Of a DNA stretch of 64,000 nucleotides, positions 35,989 through 45,929 are shown in pieces. This stretch comes from Eubacteriales bacterium (GTDB lineage Bacteria > Bacillota > Clostridia > Oscillospirales > CAG-272): the NCBI GenBank assembly GCA_045580165.1, contig JAZNNG010000077.1, positions 1,810 through 65,809 of the forward strand, written 5' to 3'. The position numbers and the translations under genes are program-made. The notes beneath the pieces were generated by a model. It made no database searches. It was not told where the DNA came from and saw only the letters and a program-made list of their open reading frames with translations. Positions within the stretch are counted from its first letter, which is position 1. Every line of letters starts with the position of its first letter.

Positions 35989-37266
35989 TTAGTCCTCAAA
36001 ACGAATTGTTGCGCTCCTTGCGTGCGCGTCAAGTCCTTCCTTTGCGGCAAAATACGCGACCTTGGAATAAACATCACCGAGAGCGTCCTTGGTGTAGTAG
36101 GTAAACTGTGATTTCTTGACGAAATCGTCAACCGAAAGCGGAGAAGAGAAGCGCGCCGTTCCGCTTGTGGGTAAGGTGTGGTTTGGGCCTGCAAAGTAGT
36201 CACCGAGCGCTTCGGGACAGTATTTGCCCATAAATATTGAGCCTGCGTGCTTGATCTTGTCAAGGTAGTCGAACGGGTTGTCTACGCAAAGCTCGAGATG
36301 CTCGGGAGCGATCTCGTTTGCAATATCAATAGCGAGCATAAGGTTGTCCTTTGCAACTATTATCTTACCGTTCTTATCTATCGATGCGCGTGCAATATCT
36401 GCTCTCGGTAGCAGGGGGATCTGGCGTTCTAGCTCTACACTTACCTTTTCTGCAAATTCGCGGCTATCGCATACCAGAACGGCACTTGCCATTCTGTCGT
36501 GCTCTGCCTGAGACAAAAGGTCTGCTGCAACGAACTTCGGTTCACACGTTGAATCCGCAACAACCAGAATTTCACTTGGCCCTGCTATCATATCAATCGA
36601 AACTCTGCCAAACACCTGCTTTTTTGCCTCAGCAACGTATGCGTTGCCGGGGCCTACGATCTTGTCGACCTTCGGAATTGCTTCGGTACCGTAAGCGAGC
36701 GCCGCAACCGCCTGCGCACCGCCTACCTTGAATATTCTGTCAACTCCCGCGATTTTAGCCGTAGCAAGTATAACGGGATTTACCTTTCCGCTTGCAGACG
36801 GAGGGGTTACCATCACAATTTCCTTGCATCCTGCGATCTTAGCGGGAACGCTGTCCATAAGAACGGTAGAGGGATAAGCGGCAGTTCCACCGGGAACGTA
36901 AAGCCCCACCTTTTCGATAGGTGTTATTTTCTGGCCCGTAACAACGCCGTCCTTTTCGTTTATTATGAAGTTTGTTCTTACCTGCTTTTCGTGGAAGGCG
37001 CGTATGTTTGCCGCAGCCTCGCGTATTATTCCGATAAATACATCGTCTACTGCTTCAAACGCTTCGTCGATCTCCTCGGAGGTAACCTCAAGCGTCTTGA
37101 GCTCAGCCTTGTCGAATTTGAGCGAATACTCAAACAGTGCAGAGTCGCCGTTTGCCTTTACGTTTTCAATAATTGACGTAACAATATCGGCAACACTTGT
37201 AACGGAAGCGTCGCGTGCGAATATTTCCTCGTTTGAAACCTCACCGTAATTGTATATTTTTATCAT
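35989..37266 (-). CDS. hisD: Histidinol dehydrogenase
   Basis: 425 aa with QAEHD and GDYFAGPNHTLPT motifs. Confidence 0.95.
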   Translation of the reverse strand: MIKIYNYGEVSNEEIFARDASVTSVADIVTSIIENVKANGDSALFEYSLKFDKAELKTLEVTSEEIDEAFEAVDDVFIGIIREAAANIRAFHEKQVRTNFIINEKDGVVTGQKITPIEKVGLYVPGGTAAYPSTVLMDSVPAKIAGCKEIVMVTPPSASGKVNPVILATAKIAGVDRIFKVGGAQAVAALAYGTEAIPKVDKIVGPGNAYVAEAKKQVFGRVSIDMIAGPSEILVVADSTCEPKFVAADLLSQAEHDRMASAVLVCDSREFAEKVSVELERQIPLLPRADIARASIDKNGKIIVAKDNLMLAIDIANEIAPEHLELCVDNPFDYLDKIKHAGSIFMGKYCPEALGDYFAGPNHTLPTSGTARFSSPLSVDDFVKKSQFTYYTKDALGDVYSKVAYFAAKEGLDAHARSATIRFED

Positions 37267-37267
37267 T

Positions 37268-37888
37268 TTATCGTACCTGCGCTTTCAGCCCTGAAACTAT
37301 GGCTTCAATCTCTTTGTTTTTGAATTTGTAGCTCGCCTGGTTTACTATAAGTCTTGCGCTTATCGGAACTATCGTTTCATACACCTCGAGATTGTTTTCC
37401 TTGAGGGTAGTTCCCGTTTCGACTATATCGACTATTACGTCGGACAAACCGAGTATGGGTGCAAGCTCTATCGAACCGTTAAGCTTGATAATGTCAATAT
37501 CACGTCCAATGCTTGAATAGTATTGACGTGCTATATTTGTAAATTTTGTCGCCACCTTGAGCGTGCGTTTTCCGTCGTCGTAAAAGCCTGCTTTAGCGGC
37601 AACTGCCATTCTGCATTTACCCATATTAAGGTCGAGAAGCTCGTATATCTGCGGCTCGTACTCAATAAGAATGTCCTTACCCGCAACACCGATATCTGCG
37701 GCGCCGCGCTCAACGTATATGGACACGTCAGAGGGCTTTACCCAGAAAAACCTGATCTGCTTGTCGGTATTTTCAAATATAAGCTTTCTGTTGTTTTCCT
37801 TTATGGAAGGGCAGTCGTAGCCTGCCGACTCAAACATTGCGTAAACCTTTTCTCCGAGTCTGCCCTTCGGGAGTGCTATGTTAATCAC
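37268..37888 (-). CDS. hisG: ATP phosphoribosyltransferase, short form
   Basis: 206 aa. MINIALPKGRL, DIVETGTTLKEN. Confidence 0.95.
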   Translation of the reverse strand: MINIALPKGRLGEKVYAMFESAGYDCPSIKENNRKLIFENTDKQIRFFWVKPSDVSIYVERGAADIGVAGKDILIEYEPQIYELLDLNMGKCRMAVAAKAGFYDDGKRTLKVATKFTNIARQYYSSIGRDIDIIKLNGSIELAPILGLSDVIVDIVETGTTLKENNLEVYETIVPISARLIVNQASYKFKNKEIEAIVSGLKAQVR

Positions 37889-38987
37889 GGTTTTCTCCTC
37901 TCAGATCGAGAATTTCCTTGAATCTAATTTTTTCGGGTATGCATTTTTGTGCGCTTACACTTTTGCCGGATGCGGCTATTTTATTCGTTGCATCGCTGAC
38001 TCGTTTAATGTCGGTTTTGTCATCGTATATAACGAGGGTGTGAACGTCGTATTCGCTCTCGCTTGACTCAAGGTCTTCAAGCAGGTCAAGATATATAGCA
38101 AATCCTATAGCACCCGAGCGCCTGCCCATCTTCTGCATAAGCTTATCGTATCTGCCGCCTGCAAGAACGCCCTCGCAGATACCGTTGAGATATCCCTTGA
38201 AAACTATTCCGTTGTAATAGCTCATATCGTTTACTATTGAAAAATCAAAGAATATTCTGTTTTCTAGCTCGGTTCCCGAAATATGCTCACGCAGAGCCTT
38301 TATCTCGTCAAGCGCAGCTGATGCCTCGACCGACTCGCATACGGGCTCAAGCAACTCGATAATATCGGTAAGGCTTCCATATGCTCCTGCAAGAGTCGCG
38401 AGAAGGTCGGATTTGCTTGAATCTACTCCGCTTTCTGCGCATATTCTCATAAGATCGTGAGTGTTTTTTTCAGCTATATAATGCGCCGCGAGTCTTGTAA
38501 ATGCGGGATCACGGTTTATTGAGTCAAGTATTGACGTGAGTATTCCTAGGTGTGAAATATCAAGAACGTATTCGTTTGAGATAAGCGACAGACTCTTTGC
38601 TGCAAGCGTGATGATCTCGAAAACGTCGTAATCGTCAATGTCGCCTATACATTCGATACCGGTTTGCATTATTTCCTTATACTGATGTGTGCTGCCTGAA
38701 ACCCTGTAAACGTTTTCATTGTAGCAAAGTTTTTGCTTGAAGCCTTCGATATCCTCGCAGTTTTTTATTATTGAGAGGGTAACGTCAGGCTTTAGCGCCA
38801 TCAGCTTACCGTTAGTATCGTTAAACGTAATTATACGGTCGCTTACCAAAAAGTCTTTGTTTTTAAGATAAAGCTCGTATTCCTCGAACTTGCTCATTTT
38901 AAAGGGAAGATAACCGAATTTTGAATAAAGTGAGCGAAGGGAAAATATTGCTTTTTCCTCGCTTTTAAGAAGGTTTGTATCGATCAC
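37881..38987 (-). CDS. hisZ: ATP phosphoribosyltransferase regulatory subunit
   Basis: HisRS-like catalytic core without an anticodon domain. The likely GTG start at 38987 is 10 nt after GGAGGAG and 1 nt after the upstream stop. Confidence 0.9.
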   Translation of the reverse strand: MIDTNLLKSEEKAIFSLRSLYSKFGYLPFKMSKFEEYELYLKNKDFLVSDRIITFNDTNGKLMALKPDVTLSIIKNCEDIEGFKQKLCYNENVYRVSGSTHQYKEIMQTGIECIGDIDDYDVFEIITLAAKSLSLISNEYVLDISHLGILTSILDSINRDPAFTRLAAHYIAEKNTHDLMRICAESGVDSSKSDLLATLAGAYGSLTDIIELLEPVCESVEASAALDEIKALREHISGTELENRIFFDFSIVNDMSYYNGIVFKGYLNGICEGVLAGGRYDKLMQKMGRRSGAIGFAIYLDLLEDLESSESEYDVHTLVIYDDKTDIKRVSDATNKIAASGKSVSAQKCIPEKIRFKEILDLRGENRD

Positions 38988-38988
38988 G

Positions 38989-39279
38989 TTATTTTTTCTC
39001 CTCCGTACGTTCAATAACTGTCTTGTAACCGCCGTTTCCGTATTCAAGACACTTGCTTACTCTGCTTATGGTCGCGGTACTGACACCAACGTCCTTGCTT
39101 ATCGCGGTGTAGCTTGCGCCCGATTTAAGCATTTTTGCAACCTTGAGTCTTTGCGCAATTTCGATAATTTCCTTAATAGTACACGCGTCTTCAAAAAAAT
39201 CATAGCATTCCTCGATGGTTTCGAGGGTGAGTATTGCCTCGAAAAGCTCGTCGGTCTGCTCGCTGTGCCACTTTGTCAT
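38989..39279 (-). CDS. yerC: TrpR-like YerC/YecD family DNA-binding protein (candidate his operon regulator)
   Basis: 96 aa with the characteristic RLKVAKMLKSGASYTAISKDVGVSTATISRV HTH. It is the first gene of the his transcription unit. Confidence 0.8.
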   Translation of the reverse strand: MTKWHSEQTDELFEAILTLETIEECYDFFEDACTIKEIIEIAQRLKVAKMLKSGASYTAISKDVGVSTATISRVSKCLEYGNGGYKTVIERTEEKK

Positions 39280-39314
39280 AATTACCTCCGTTATCATTGA
39301 TCTGATTAGTCAAA

Positions 39315-39384
39315 TCGCTTTAACGCTTTAGCGAAGTAATGCGATGTCGTGATTGATTATATCACTACTTTTATGGCCTGTCAA
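39315..39384 (-). promoter_or_regulatory. Sigma-A promoter of the yerC-his operon with repeat element in the leader
   Basis: Minus strand TTGACA (39379-39384)-17 nt-TATAAT (39356-39361). The leader contains CGCTAAAGCG-TTAAAGCG (plus strand CGCTTTAACGCTTTAGCG, 39315-39335). Confidence 0.5.
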
Positions 39385-39449
39385 GAGGTTTTGAAAATAA
39401 AAATTGCGTTTTTTATATAAAAGAAACGCCGCTTTTACGGCGTTTAGTA

Positions 39450-40682
39450 TTATTTATCATTTTTTCTTGATTTAGGCAATGTCAGCATCAGTATCAACAT
39501 GACGAGGGGGAATAGTCCCGATACCAATATTCCCAGTCTTAAAGCTGCATTTTCGGGTGTAAACCCGAGATGAGTGAGAAACTGAAGACTCGTAAATTCA
39601 TTTGCCGCATCGTTAACTATTCCGTTTACCCACGGACCAACGGAGCAACCGAGGTCACCGGCGAGCGCCAGAAGTGCGAACATCGAGGTTTTTCCCTTGT
39701 CGAATATTGAGGAGGTTGCGGCGAGTGTACCCGGCCACATAACGCTGACAGAAAGACCTGCCAATGCAAATGAGCATATAACTGCCAACGGGCTTTCCAA
39801 AACCGAAATTCCAACGTACGCAAGAGTAGCGAAGAGCGCGCACAGGTGAAGCGCCTTTACTATTGGAATTTTATGTCCGAAGAAGCTGTACAGCGTGCGA
39901 CCGACCGCCATCATAAACGCAAAGATACAAGGGCCCATAAGGTCGCCTACCACCTTGCTGACGCCGAGTCCGGTTTCGGCAAAATATGACGCCCACTGTG
40001 AAATAACCATTTCAGACGAGCCAACGCATATCATAACCACAAAAAGCATAACGAAAGATGTGGATCTCAGTAGATTTTTGATATCTGCCTTTTCATTTGT
40101 TTGCTGAACCTCGACGGTAGGGGCTACGATGAATAAAACTGCGTTTGCAAGAGGTATGATCGACCATATAACGGGGATAAAAAACCAGTTACCTTCGCCT
40201 ACGAGAAAAATCAAAAAAGTTGATATCAGAATAACCGCGGTTTGTCCCCAACAATAGAACGAGTGAAGAATAGTAAAAGTAACGGCGCCGTTTTCTGTGG
40301 GGAATGAGTCCATTATTGCGTTTATTACGACTTCAACGAGACCTGCGCCCACACTGTATAGAAACGACGACACGATAAGTGCGGGGAAAATCGGAATAAA
40401 GCGCGGAAGCACACTTAACAGTACGAGTCCGATAAAAGCCGTCAAATTGGCTGATACTGCAGATTTCTTGTATCCCAAGGATTTTATAAGCTTTATGGAT
40501 GCAACGTCGGTTATAAGCTGTATTATGAAACTGAAAAGAACGAGAAAAGCTATGTCCGTAACCTTGAGACCGTAGTCGCGTTTGAATATAACGAAAAACA
40601 GTGGCGCAATATTTATACAGAGCGCCTGTACCGTATAAGATATGTAACACGCTTTGCGAGTAAGAGAATAGCTGCTTGTCAT
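39450..40682 (-). CDS. MFS transporter
   Basis: About 12 TM helices over 410 aa. ATG at 40682 follows AGGTGA. A terminator hairpin at 39424-39445 follows the stop. Confidence 0.8.
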   Translation of the reverse strand: MTSSYSLTRKACYISYTVQALCINIAPLFFVIFKRDYGLKVTDIAFLVLFSFIIQLITDVASIKLIKSLGYKKSAVSANLTAFIGLVLLSVLPRFIPIFPALIVSSFLYSVGAGLVEVVINAIMDSFPTENGAVTFTILHSFYCWGQTAVILISTFLIFLVGEGNWFFIPVIWSIIPLANAVLFIVAPTVEVQQTNEKADIKNLLRSTSFVMLFVVMICVGSSEMVISQWASYFAETGLGVSKVVGDLMGPCIFAFMMAVGRTLYSFFGHKIPIVKALHLCALFATLAYVGISVLESPLAVICSFALAGLSVSVMWPGTLAATSSIFDKGKTSMFALLALAGDLGCSVGPWVNGIVNDAANEFTSLQFLTHLGFTPENAALRLGILVSGLFPLVMLILMLTLPKSRKNDK

Positions 40683-40821
40683 TTTTTCACCTGTATAGTC
40701 GAACTTATTGTAAATAATAATACTTTTTTTAAAAAATGTCAATACAGTACGCTGAAACGATTGACTACGACGGTTTAATTTGATATAATACCGATAAAGA
40801 AATATATGTGAGGTGTAAACT

Positions 40822-41295
40822 ATGGTACTCATCGAAATGCAAAACGGTAAACAGATAAAGATCGAGCTTTATCCCGAGATTGCTCCCGAGACTTGCGCAA
40901 ACTTTGAATCACTTGTAAGGTCGGGCTTCTATAACGGAATAATTTTCCACAGAGTTATAGCAGGCTTTATGATACAGGGCGGCGACCCCGAGGGAATGGG
41001 ATATGGCGGAAGCGGCAAAAACATCAGAGGTGAATTTGCGGTAAACGGCTTTGAAAACAACCTTAAGCACGAGCGCGGAGTTATCTCGATGGCAAGAAGC
41101 ATGGACTTCAACAGCGCAAGCTCCCAATTCTTTATTATGCACGCGGATGCTCCTCATCTTGACGGTCAGTATGCCGCATTCGGACGCGTAATTGAGGGAA
41201 TGGACACGGTTGATGAGATCGCAAGCGTTAAGACCGATATGAGAGATAAGCCTTTGCGTGATCAGGTAATGAAGTCTGTTACTTGGATAGACTAA
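40822..41295 (+). CDS. ppiB: Peptidyl-prolyl cis-trans isomerase, cyclophilin type
   Basis: FHRVIAGFMIQGGDP and SQFFI motifs. TTGACT-17-TATAAT promoter at 40761-40789. Terminator at 41302-41325. Confidence 0.93.
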   Translation: MVLIEMQNGKQIKIELYPEIAPETCANFESLVRSGFYNGIIFHRVIAGFMIQGGDPEGMGYGGSGKNIRGEFAVNGFENNLKHERGVISMARSMDFNSASSQFFIMHADAPHLDGQYAAFGRVIEGMDTVDEIASVKTDMRDKPLRDQVMKSVTWID

Positions 41296-41417
41296 TGAGT
41301 GAAAAGGCGGTTCTTCCGCCTTTTTATTTTGAATTGGGAAATTTCTTAAAAACGATTGCAGAATTGCTAATAATATGATATAATATTTGGTAATGATTTG
41401 ATTTCAATGAGGTAGTT

Positions 41418-43007
41418 ATGATGAACAGACCCTTCAGCTTACTCTATCCCGATCCCGAAAAGATTGATAGCATAAAGACCGACATTTCGGGTGAGGTCAT
41501 AGAGGCGATAGAGCTTGACTATCTGATAAGCCTTAAAAACAGTACGCTTTCGGAGCTTTTTACAACTGACCCCGAAACCATACGTTACCGTCAGGCGACT
41601 GTCAGAGATATGATAAACAATCCCGAGCTTGGCGAAACCCTGCTTGCAGCTTTGCCGCTTCTTTCTGACATAACCGAGCTTCGTAAAATACAGAGTGAAA
41701 CGGGAGTAACCGAAAATTATCTATACAGCATCACCGAAATTGAGCTTTATATCGAATGTATAGATAAAATGAAGAAGGGCTTTTCGGGCATTCACGGAAG
41801 ACTTGAAAGCGAAGCCTTCTGCCGTATGGCAGAAACCGTGAAGGAGCTTTCAGAGAGCGACTACTACAAGGAGCTTAATAAAAAGCTCGGCGAGCTTACG
41901 TCAAAGGTGCACGAGGTCAAGAGTATTGCTATAGGAGTAAACCTTGATAACGAGCTCAGACCCTGCGAGGCGGGCGTTATAAGCCTTAACCCCGAAAAAT
42001 TCAAGTCGGGAACTGTAATTGACAAGATACTGCGTCTTGACTTCAAGGACGATGATTATACCTGTATTGCCCCTCTCGTTCCTTTCCAGAAATCAAACAG
42101 TGACAACCAGAAGATCGCTCTTACACACGCATTTAATAACGCGCTTTCGGACATATTTAAGTCCTCGGTAAAATCCTGGCGTAACATAGTAAGAACGTAC
42201 ATACTTGATAACACGGATTTCCTTCTTCGCATTATGCCCGAGATTGAATTTCTTATCAAGAGTGTTAAGCTGCTCAACGCGCTCAAAGCGAAGGGGCTCG
42301 AGCTTGCGTATCCCGACATTTACCCGATGTGCGATAAAAAATGCGAGCTTTACGGTCTGTATAACCCTTGTGTTGCAATGAAGACCGATGCCGCTATGGT
42401 CAAGAATGACCTTGTTTTTGATGAAAACGGTATGATATACGTTCTTACAGGACCTAACAGAGGCGGTAAGTCGGTAATAACCTGCGCTCTCGGAATAATT
42501 CAGTCTATGGCGCAGCTTGGTCTGCCCGTTACCGCAGACAGAGCCGCAATAAGCCCCGTTAGCTCCATTTATACGCATTTCCCGACCGAGGCAGAGGATA
42601 CAATAGATAAGGGACGTCTTGGCGAGGAGTGTGAAAGACTTAACGCGATATTTGATAAGATAAACGAGTATTCGCTCGTCCTTCTTGATGAATCCCTGTC
42701 CTCAACAGGCTCGTACGAGGCGTCCTATATAGCTTCCGAGGTGCTTGCGGGCTTCTCGCTTGCAAGGTGCAGATGCTTGTTCTCGACTCACCTTCACGAG
42801 CTCTCTGCTTCAATTCCCGATATCAACAGAAAATGCGCCGAAGAGGGCGGTGTTAAGATCGACACTCTCGTTGCGGGAATAAAGGGCAGCGAGCGTAGCT
42901 TTGAAATTGTAAGAGCGATACCCGACGGTAAGTCGTATGCCCGCGACATTGCGGAGAAGTACGGTCTTTCCTCGGAAAAGATCAGAAATAAAGTAATAAA
43001 AAACTAA
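41418..43007 (+). CDS. MutS-related ATPase (MutS domain V only)
   Basis: Walker A GPNRGGKS, Walker B LVLLDE and FSTHLHEL. No mismatch-recognition domain I is recognisable. Confidence 0.8.
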   Translation: MMNRPFSLLYPDPEKIDSIKTDISGEVIEAIELDYLISLKNSTLSELFTTDPETIRYRQATVRDMINNPELGETLLAALPLLSDITELRKIQSETGVTENYLYSITEIELYIECIDKMKKGFSGIHGRLESEAFCRMAETVKELSESDYYKELNKKLGELTSKVHEVKSIAIGVNLDNELRPCEAGVISLNPEKFKSGTVIDKILRLDFKDDDYTCIAPLVPFQKSNSDNQKIALTHAFNNALSDIFKSSVKSWRNIVRTYILDNTDFLLRIMPEIEFLIKSVKLLNALKAKGLELAYPDIYPMCDKKCELYGLYNPCVAMKTDAAMVKNDLVFDENGMIYVLTGPNRGGKSVITCALGIIQSMAQLGLPVTADRAAISPVSSIYTHFPTEAEDTIDKGRLGEECERLNAIFDKINEYSLVLLDESLSSTGSYEASYIASEVLAGFSLARCRCLFSTHLHELSASIPDINRKCAEEGGVKIDTLVAGIKGSERSFEIVRAIPDGKSYARDIAEKYGLSSEKIRNKVIKN

Positions 43008-43022
43008 TTTTGGAGGATAATT

Positions 43023-43502
43023 ATGGATAAGTTACTCAAGCTTCTTGAAAATGATAGCTCACTTACTGCCGAGCAGCTCGCAGTAATGCTTGACAAAGAG
43101 GTAGGCGATATTAAAAAGCTCATATCAAAATACGAAAAGGAAGGCGTTATTCTCGGATATAAGACACTTATTGACTGGGATAAGACCGAGCGTGAATACG
43201 TTAGCGCGCTTATCGAGCTCAAGGTTATTCCTCAGCGCGACGGCGGCTTTGACAGTATTGCCGAAAAGATCTATAACTACCCCGAGGTGCAGTCGGTATA
43301 TCTTATGTCGGGTGGCTTTGACCTTGCTCTGATTATCGAAGGACGCACTATGAAGGAGGTTGCATACTTCGTAGCGCAGAAGCTTGCTCCGCTTGAAAAC
43401 ATCAGCTCGACCGCAACGCATTTCGTTCTTAAAAAATACAAGGATAAGGGCGTAGTTTATGACAAGCCCGAAATAGACGTTAGAGGAAACTTGATGATAT
43501 GA
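43023..43502 (+). CDS. Lrp/AsnC family transcriptional regulator
   Basis: N-terminal HTH (LSLTAEQLAVMLD-like) and C-terminal RAM domain, 159 aa. Confidence 0.88.
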   Translation: MDKLLKLLENDSSLTAEQLAVMLDKEVGDIKKLISKYEKEGVILGYKTLIDWDKTEREYVSALIELKVIPQRDGGFDSIAEKIYNYPEVQSVYLMSGGFDLALIIEGRTMKEVAYFVAQKLAPLENISSTATHFVLKKYKDKGVVYDKPEIDVRGNLMI

Positions 43503-44683
43503 TGGATTACAGTAAAATAATATCGAAACGGGTGGCTGACATCAAGCCGTCCGGAATCAGAAAGTTTTTCGATATGCTCACCGATATGGAGGACGTAATA
43601 TCCTTGACTGTCGGTCAGCCGGACTTCGTTACTCCCTGGCATATCAGAGAAGAGGCAATCGAAAGCTTGAAGCAGGGAAAGACCTACTATACGGGAAACA
43701 GCGGTCTGCCCGAGCTAAAAAAGTCAATACGCGATTATCTTAATCGACGCTTTGCGCTCGACTATGCGCCATCAAACGAGATCATAGTAACAGTCGGAGG
43801 AAGCGAGGCTATCGACCTTGCCGTACGCGCTCTTATAGACACAGATGACGAGGTTATTATTCCAATCCCGTCTTTTGTTTGCTACGGACCTATCACAGAG
43901 CTTGCCCACGGCAAGCCTGTGTTTGTGGAAACGAGAGTTGAGGACAAATTCAAGCTGACGCCCGAGGCTCTTAAAAAGGCCATTACTCCGAAAACCAAGC
44001 TTATCGTATTGCCTTTCCCGAATAATCCCACGGGAGCTATTCTTGAAAAGCATGAGCTTGAGGCTCTTGCAAAGGTGATTCTCGAAAGCAACGCGATGGT
44101 ACTTTCCGACGAGATATACGCAGAGCTTACTTACGGTCATAATCATACATCAATCGCGTCTATTCCCGGTATGCGAGAGAGAACAATACTTGTAAGCGGA
44201 TTTTCCAAGGCTTACGCAATGACGGGCTGGCGTCTCGGTTACATAGCGGCTCCGCACGAGCTATGCGAGCAAATGCTCAAAATACATCAGTATGCAATAA
44301 TGTGCGCGCCTACCGCAAGTCAGTTTGCCGCTATCGAGGCTATGAAAAACGGTGACGAGGACGTTCTTGAAATGACGGCTGAGTATAACCGCAGACGTAC
44401 GTTCATAATAGACGGCCTTAATAAGATAGGACTCGACTGCTTTGAAGCGGAGGGCGCGTTCTATGCGTTCCCCAATATAGGTAAGTTTGGACTTACAAGT
44501 GAGGAATTTGCCGAAAAGCTGCTTTGCAGTAAGCACGTTGCAATAGTTCCCGGCACCGCTTTCGGTGACTGCGGAGAGGGATACGCAAGAATTTCCTACG
44601 CGTATTCGGTAAAGCATATTACTACCGCACTCGAGCGAATCGAGGAGTTTATAACGGAGCTTAAATCAGGTAAGATAAAGTGA
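43499..44683 (+). CDS. Class I/II (aspartate-type) PLP aminotransferase
   Basis: NNPTGA and SGFSKAYAMTGWRLGY (PLP Lys). It overlaps the Lrp gene stop. Confidence 0.9.
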   Translation: MMDYSKIISKRVADIKPSGIRKFFDMLTDMEDVISLTVGQPDFVTPWHIREEAIESLKQGKTYYTGNSGLPELKKSIRDYLNRRFALDYAPSNEIIVTVGGSEAIDLAVRALIDTDDEVIIPIPSFVCYGPITELAHGKPVFVETRVEDKFKLTPEALKKAITPKTKLIVLPFPNNPTGAILEKHELEALAKVILESNAMVLSDEIYAELTYGHNHTSIASIPGMRERTILVSGFSKAYAMTGWRLGYIAAPHELCEQMLKIHQYAIMCAPTASQFAAIEAMKNGDEDVLEMTAEYNRRRTFIIDGLNKIGLDCFEAEGAFYAFPNIGKFGLTSEEFAEKLLCSKHVAIVPGTAFGDCGEGYARISYAYSVKHITTALERIEEFITELKSGKIK

Positions 44684-45918
44684 ACAACAGTATGATAAAG
44701 CGGCCCGAGCTATTGTCGCCCGCGGGCAATTTTGAAAAAATGAAAAGCGCTATACTTTACGGCGCCGACGCGGTATATCTTGCCGGCAATAGCTTCGGTA
44801 TGCGTGCCGCCGCAGACAACTTTTCAAACGATGAGCTTGTTTGTGCGATTGACTACGCACACGAGCGCGGTGTAAAGGTTTATATTACACTTAACACCAT
44901 GCCTCACCCCGACGAGTATAGTGAGCTTGAAAGGTATATTGATTTTCTTGCAAAGAATCCGCCCGATGCGGTGATATGCGTTGACCTTGGTGTGATTTCA
45001 CTTGTTAAAGAGAAGATGCCGGGGGTTGACATCCATATTTCAACTCAGGCGAGTGTTGTCAGCGCGAGAGCCGCAACAGAGTGGATGAAGCTCGGAGCGA
45101 GCAGGGTAGTCCTCGCACGCGAGCTTACCTTTGACGAGATCATAAAAATACGCCGTGAGATTCCCGCAGAGCTTGAGCTTGAGGCATTTGTTCACGGATC
45201 TATGTGTATTTCATATAGCGGCAGATGTCTTCTTTCTCAGCATTTCACGGGAAGAGACGCAAACAGAGGAATGTGCGCTCAGCCCTGCAGATGGAATTTC
45301 GAGGTGTATGAAGAAAAGCGTCCCGATGACGTTCTACCTCTTCAACAGGACAATAACGGCACGTTTATTATGAGCTCAAAGGATATGTGTATGATAGAGC
45401 ACATTCCCGAGCTTATAAGGTCCGGTATCACCAGCTTCAAGATAGAGGGCAGAATGAAAAGCGCTTACTATACCGCGGTTGTCACAAATACGTACAGAAT
45501 GGCGATAGATAAGTATCTGACATCTCCCGAGACCTACGAGTTTGACGACAGATGGAACAAGGAGCTTGACAGTGTCAGCCACCGTGAATATGCAACGGGA
45601 TTTTATTTCGATAAGCCTATTGACGATGCAAAAACCTGCACGACTCCGGGATACATTCGTGAGAAAGCCTATCTTTCAATAGCCGAAAGCTATGACGCAG
45701 AAACGGGTCTCGCGCTTTTTGTTCAAAGAAATAAAGCGGTAAAGGGAAGTGCTGTTGAAGTGATTTCTCCCGGCATTTGCGGACGGGGATTCGTTGTGGA
45801 GGAAATGTACGATGAAGCTATGAATTCCATAGAGTCTGCCCCCCACCCGTTTATGAGATTTTTTGTTAAATCACCATTTGAGATAAAGCCCGGCGACATA
45901 ATGCGTTCGGGTGACTAA
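44680..45918 (+). CDS. Peptidase U32 family protein
   Basis: PELLSPAGN..AILYGADAVY and the E-x-F-x-H-G-x-M-C-x-S-Y-S-G-R-C signature (EAFVHGSMCISYSGRC). Confidence 0.88.
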   Translation: MNNSMIKRPELLSPAGNFEKMKSAILYGADAVYLAGNSFGMRAAADNFSNDELVCAIDYAHERGVKVYITLNTMPHPDEYSELERYIDFLAKNPPDAVICVDLGVISLVKEKMPGVDIHISTQASVVSARAATEWMKLGASRVVLARELTFDEIIKIRREIPAELELEAFVHGSMCISYSGRCLLSQHFTGRDANRGMCAQPCRWNFEVYEEKRPDDVLPLQQDNNGTFIMSSKDMCMIEHIPELIRSGITSFKIEGRMKSAYYTAVVTNTYRMAIDKYLTSPETYEFDDRWNKELDSVSHREYATGFYFDKPIDDAKTCTTPGYIREKAYLSIAESYDAETGLALFVQRNKAVKGSAVEVISPGICGRGFVVEEMYDEAMNSIESAPHPFMRFFVKSPFEIKPGDIMRSGD

Positions 45919-45929
45919 AGGAGTAAATA

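Noticed and set aside
35982-36263. N-terminal extension of hisC (448-aa track ORF) overlapping hisD
   Set aside because: The extension has no aminotransferase similarity and overlaps the hisD 3' end. A conventional ATG at 35981, 7 nt after the hisD stop, gives a normal 354-aa HisC.
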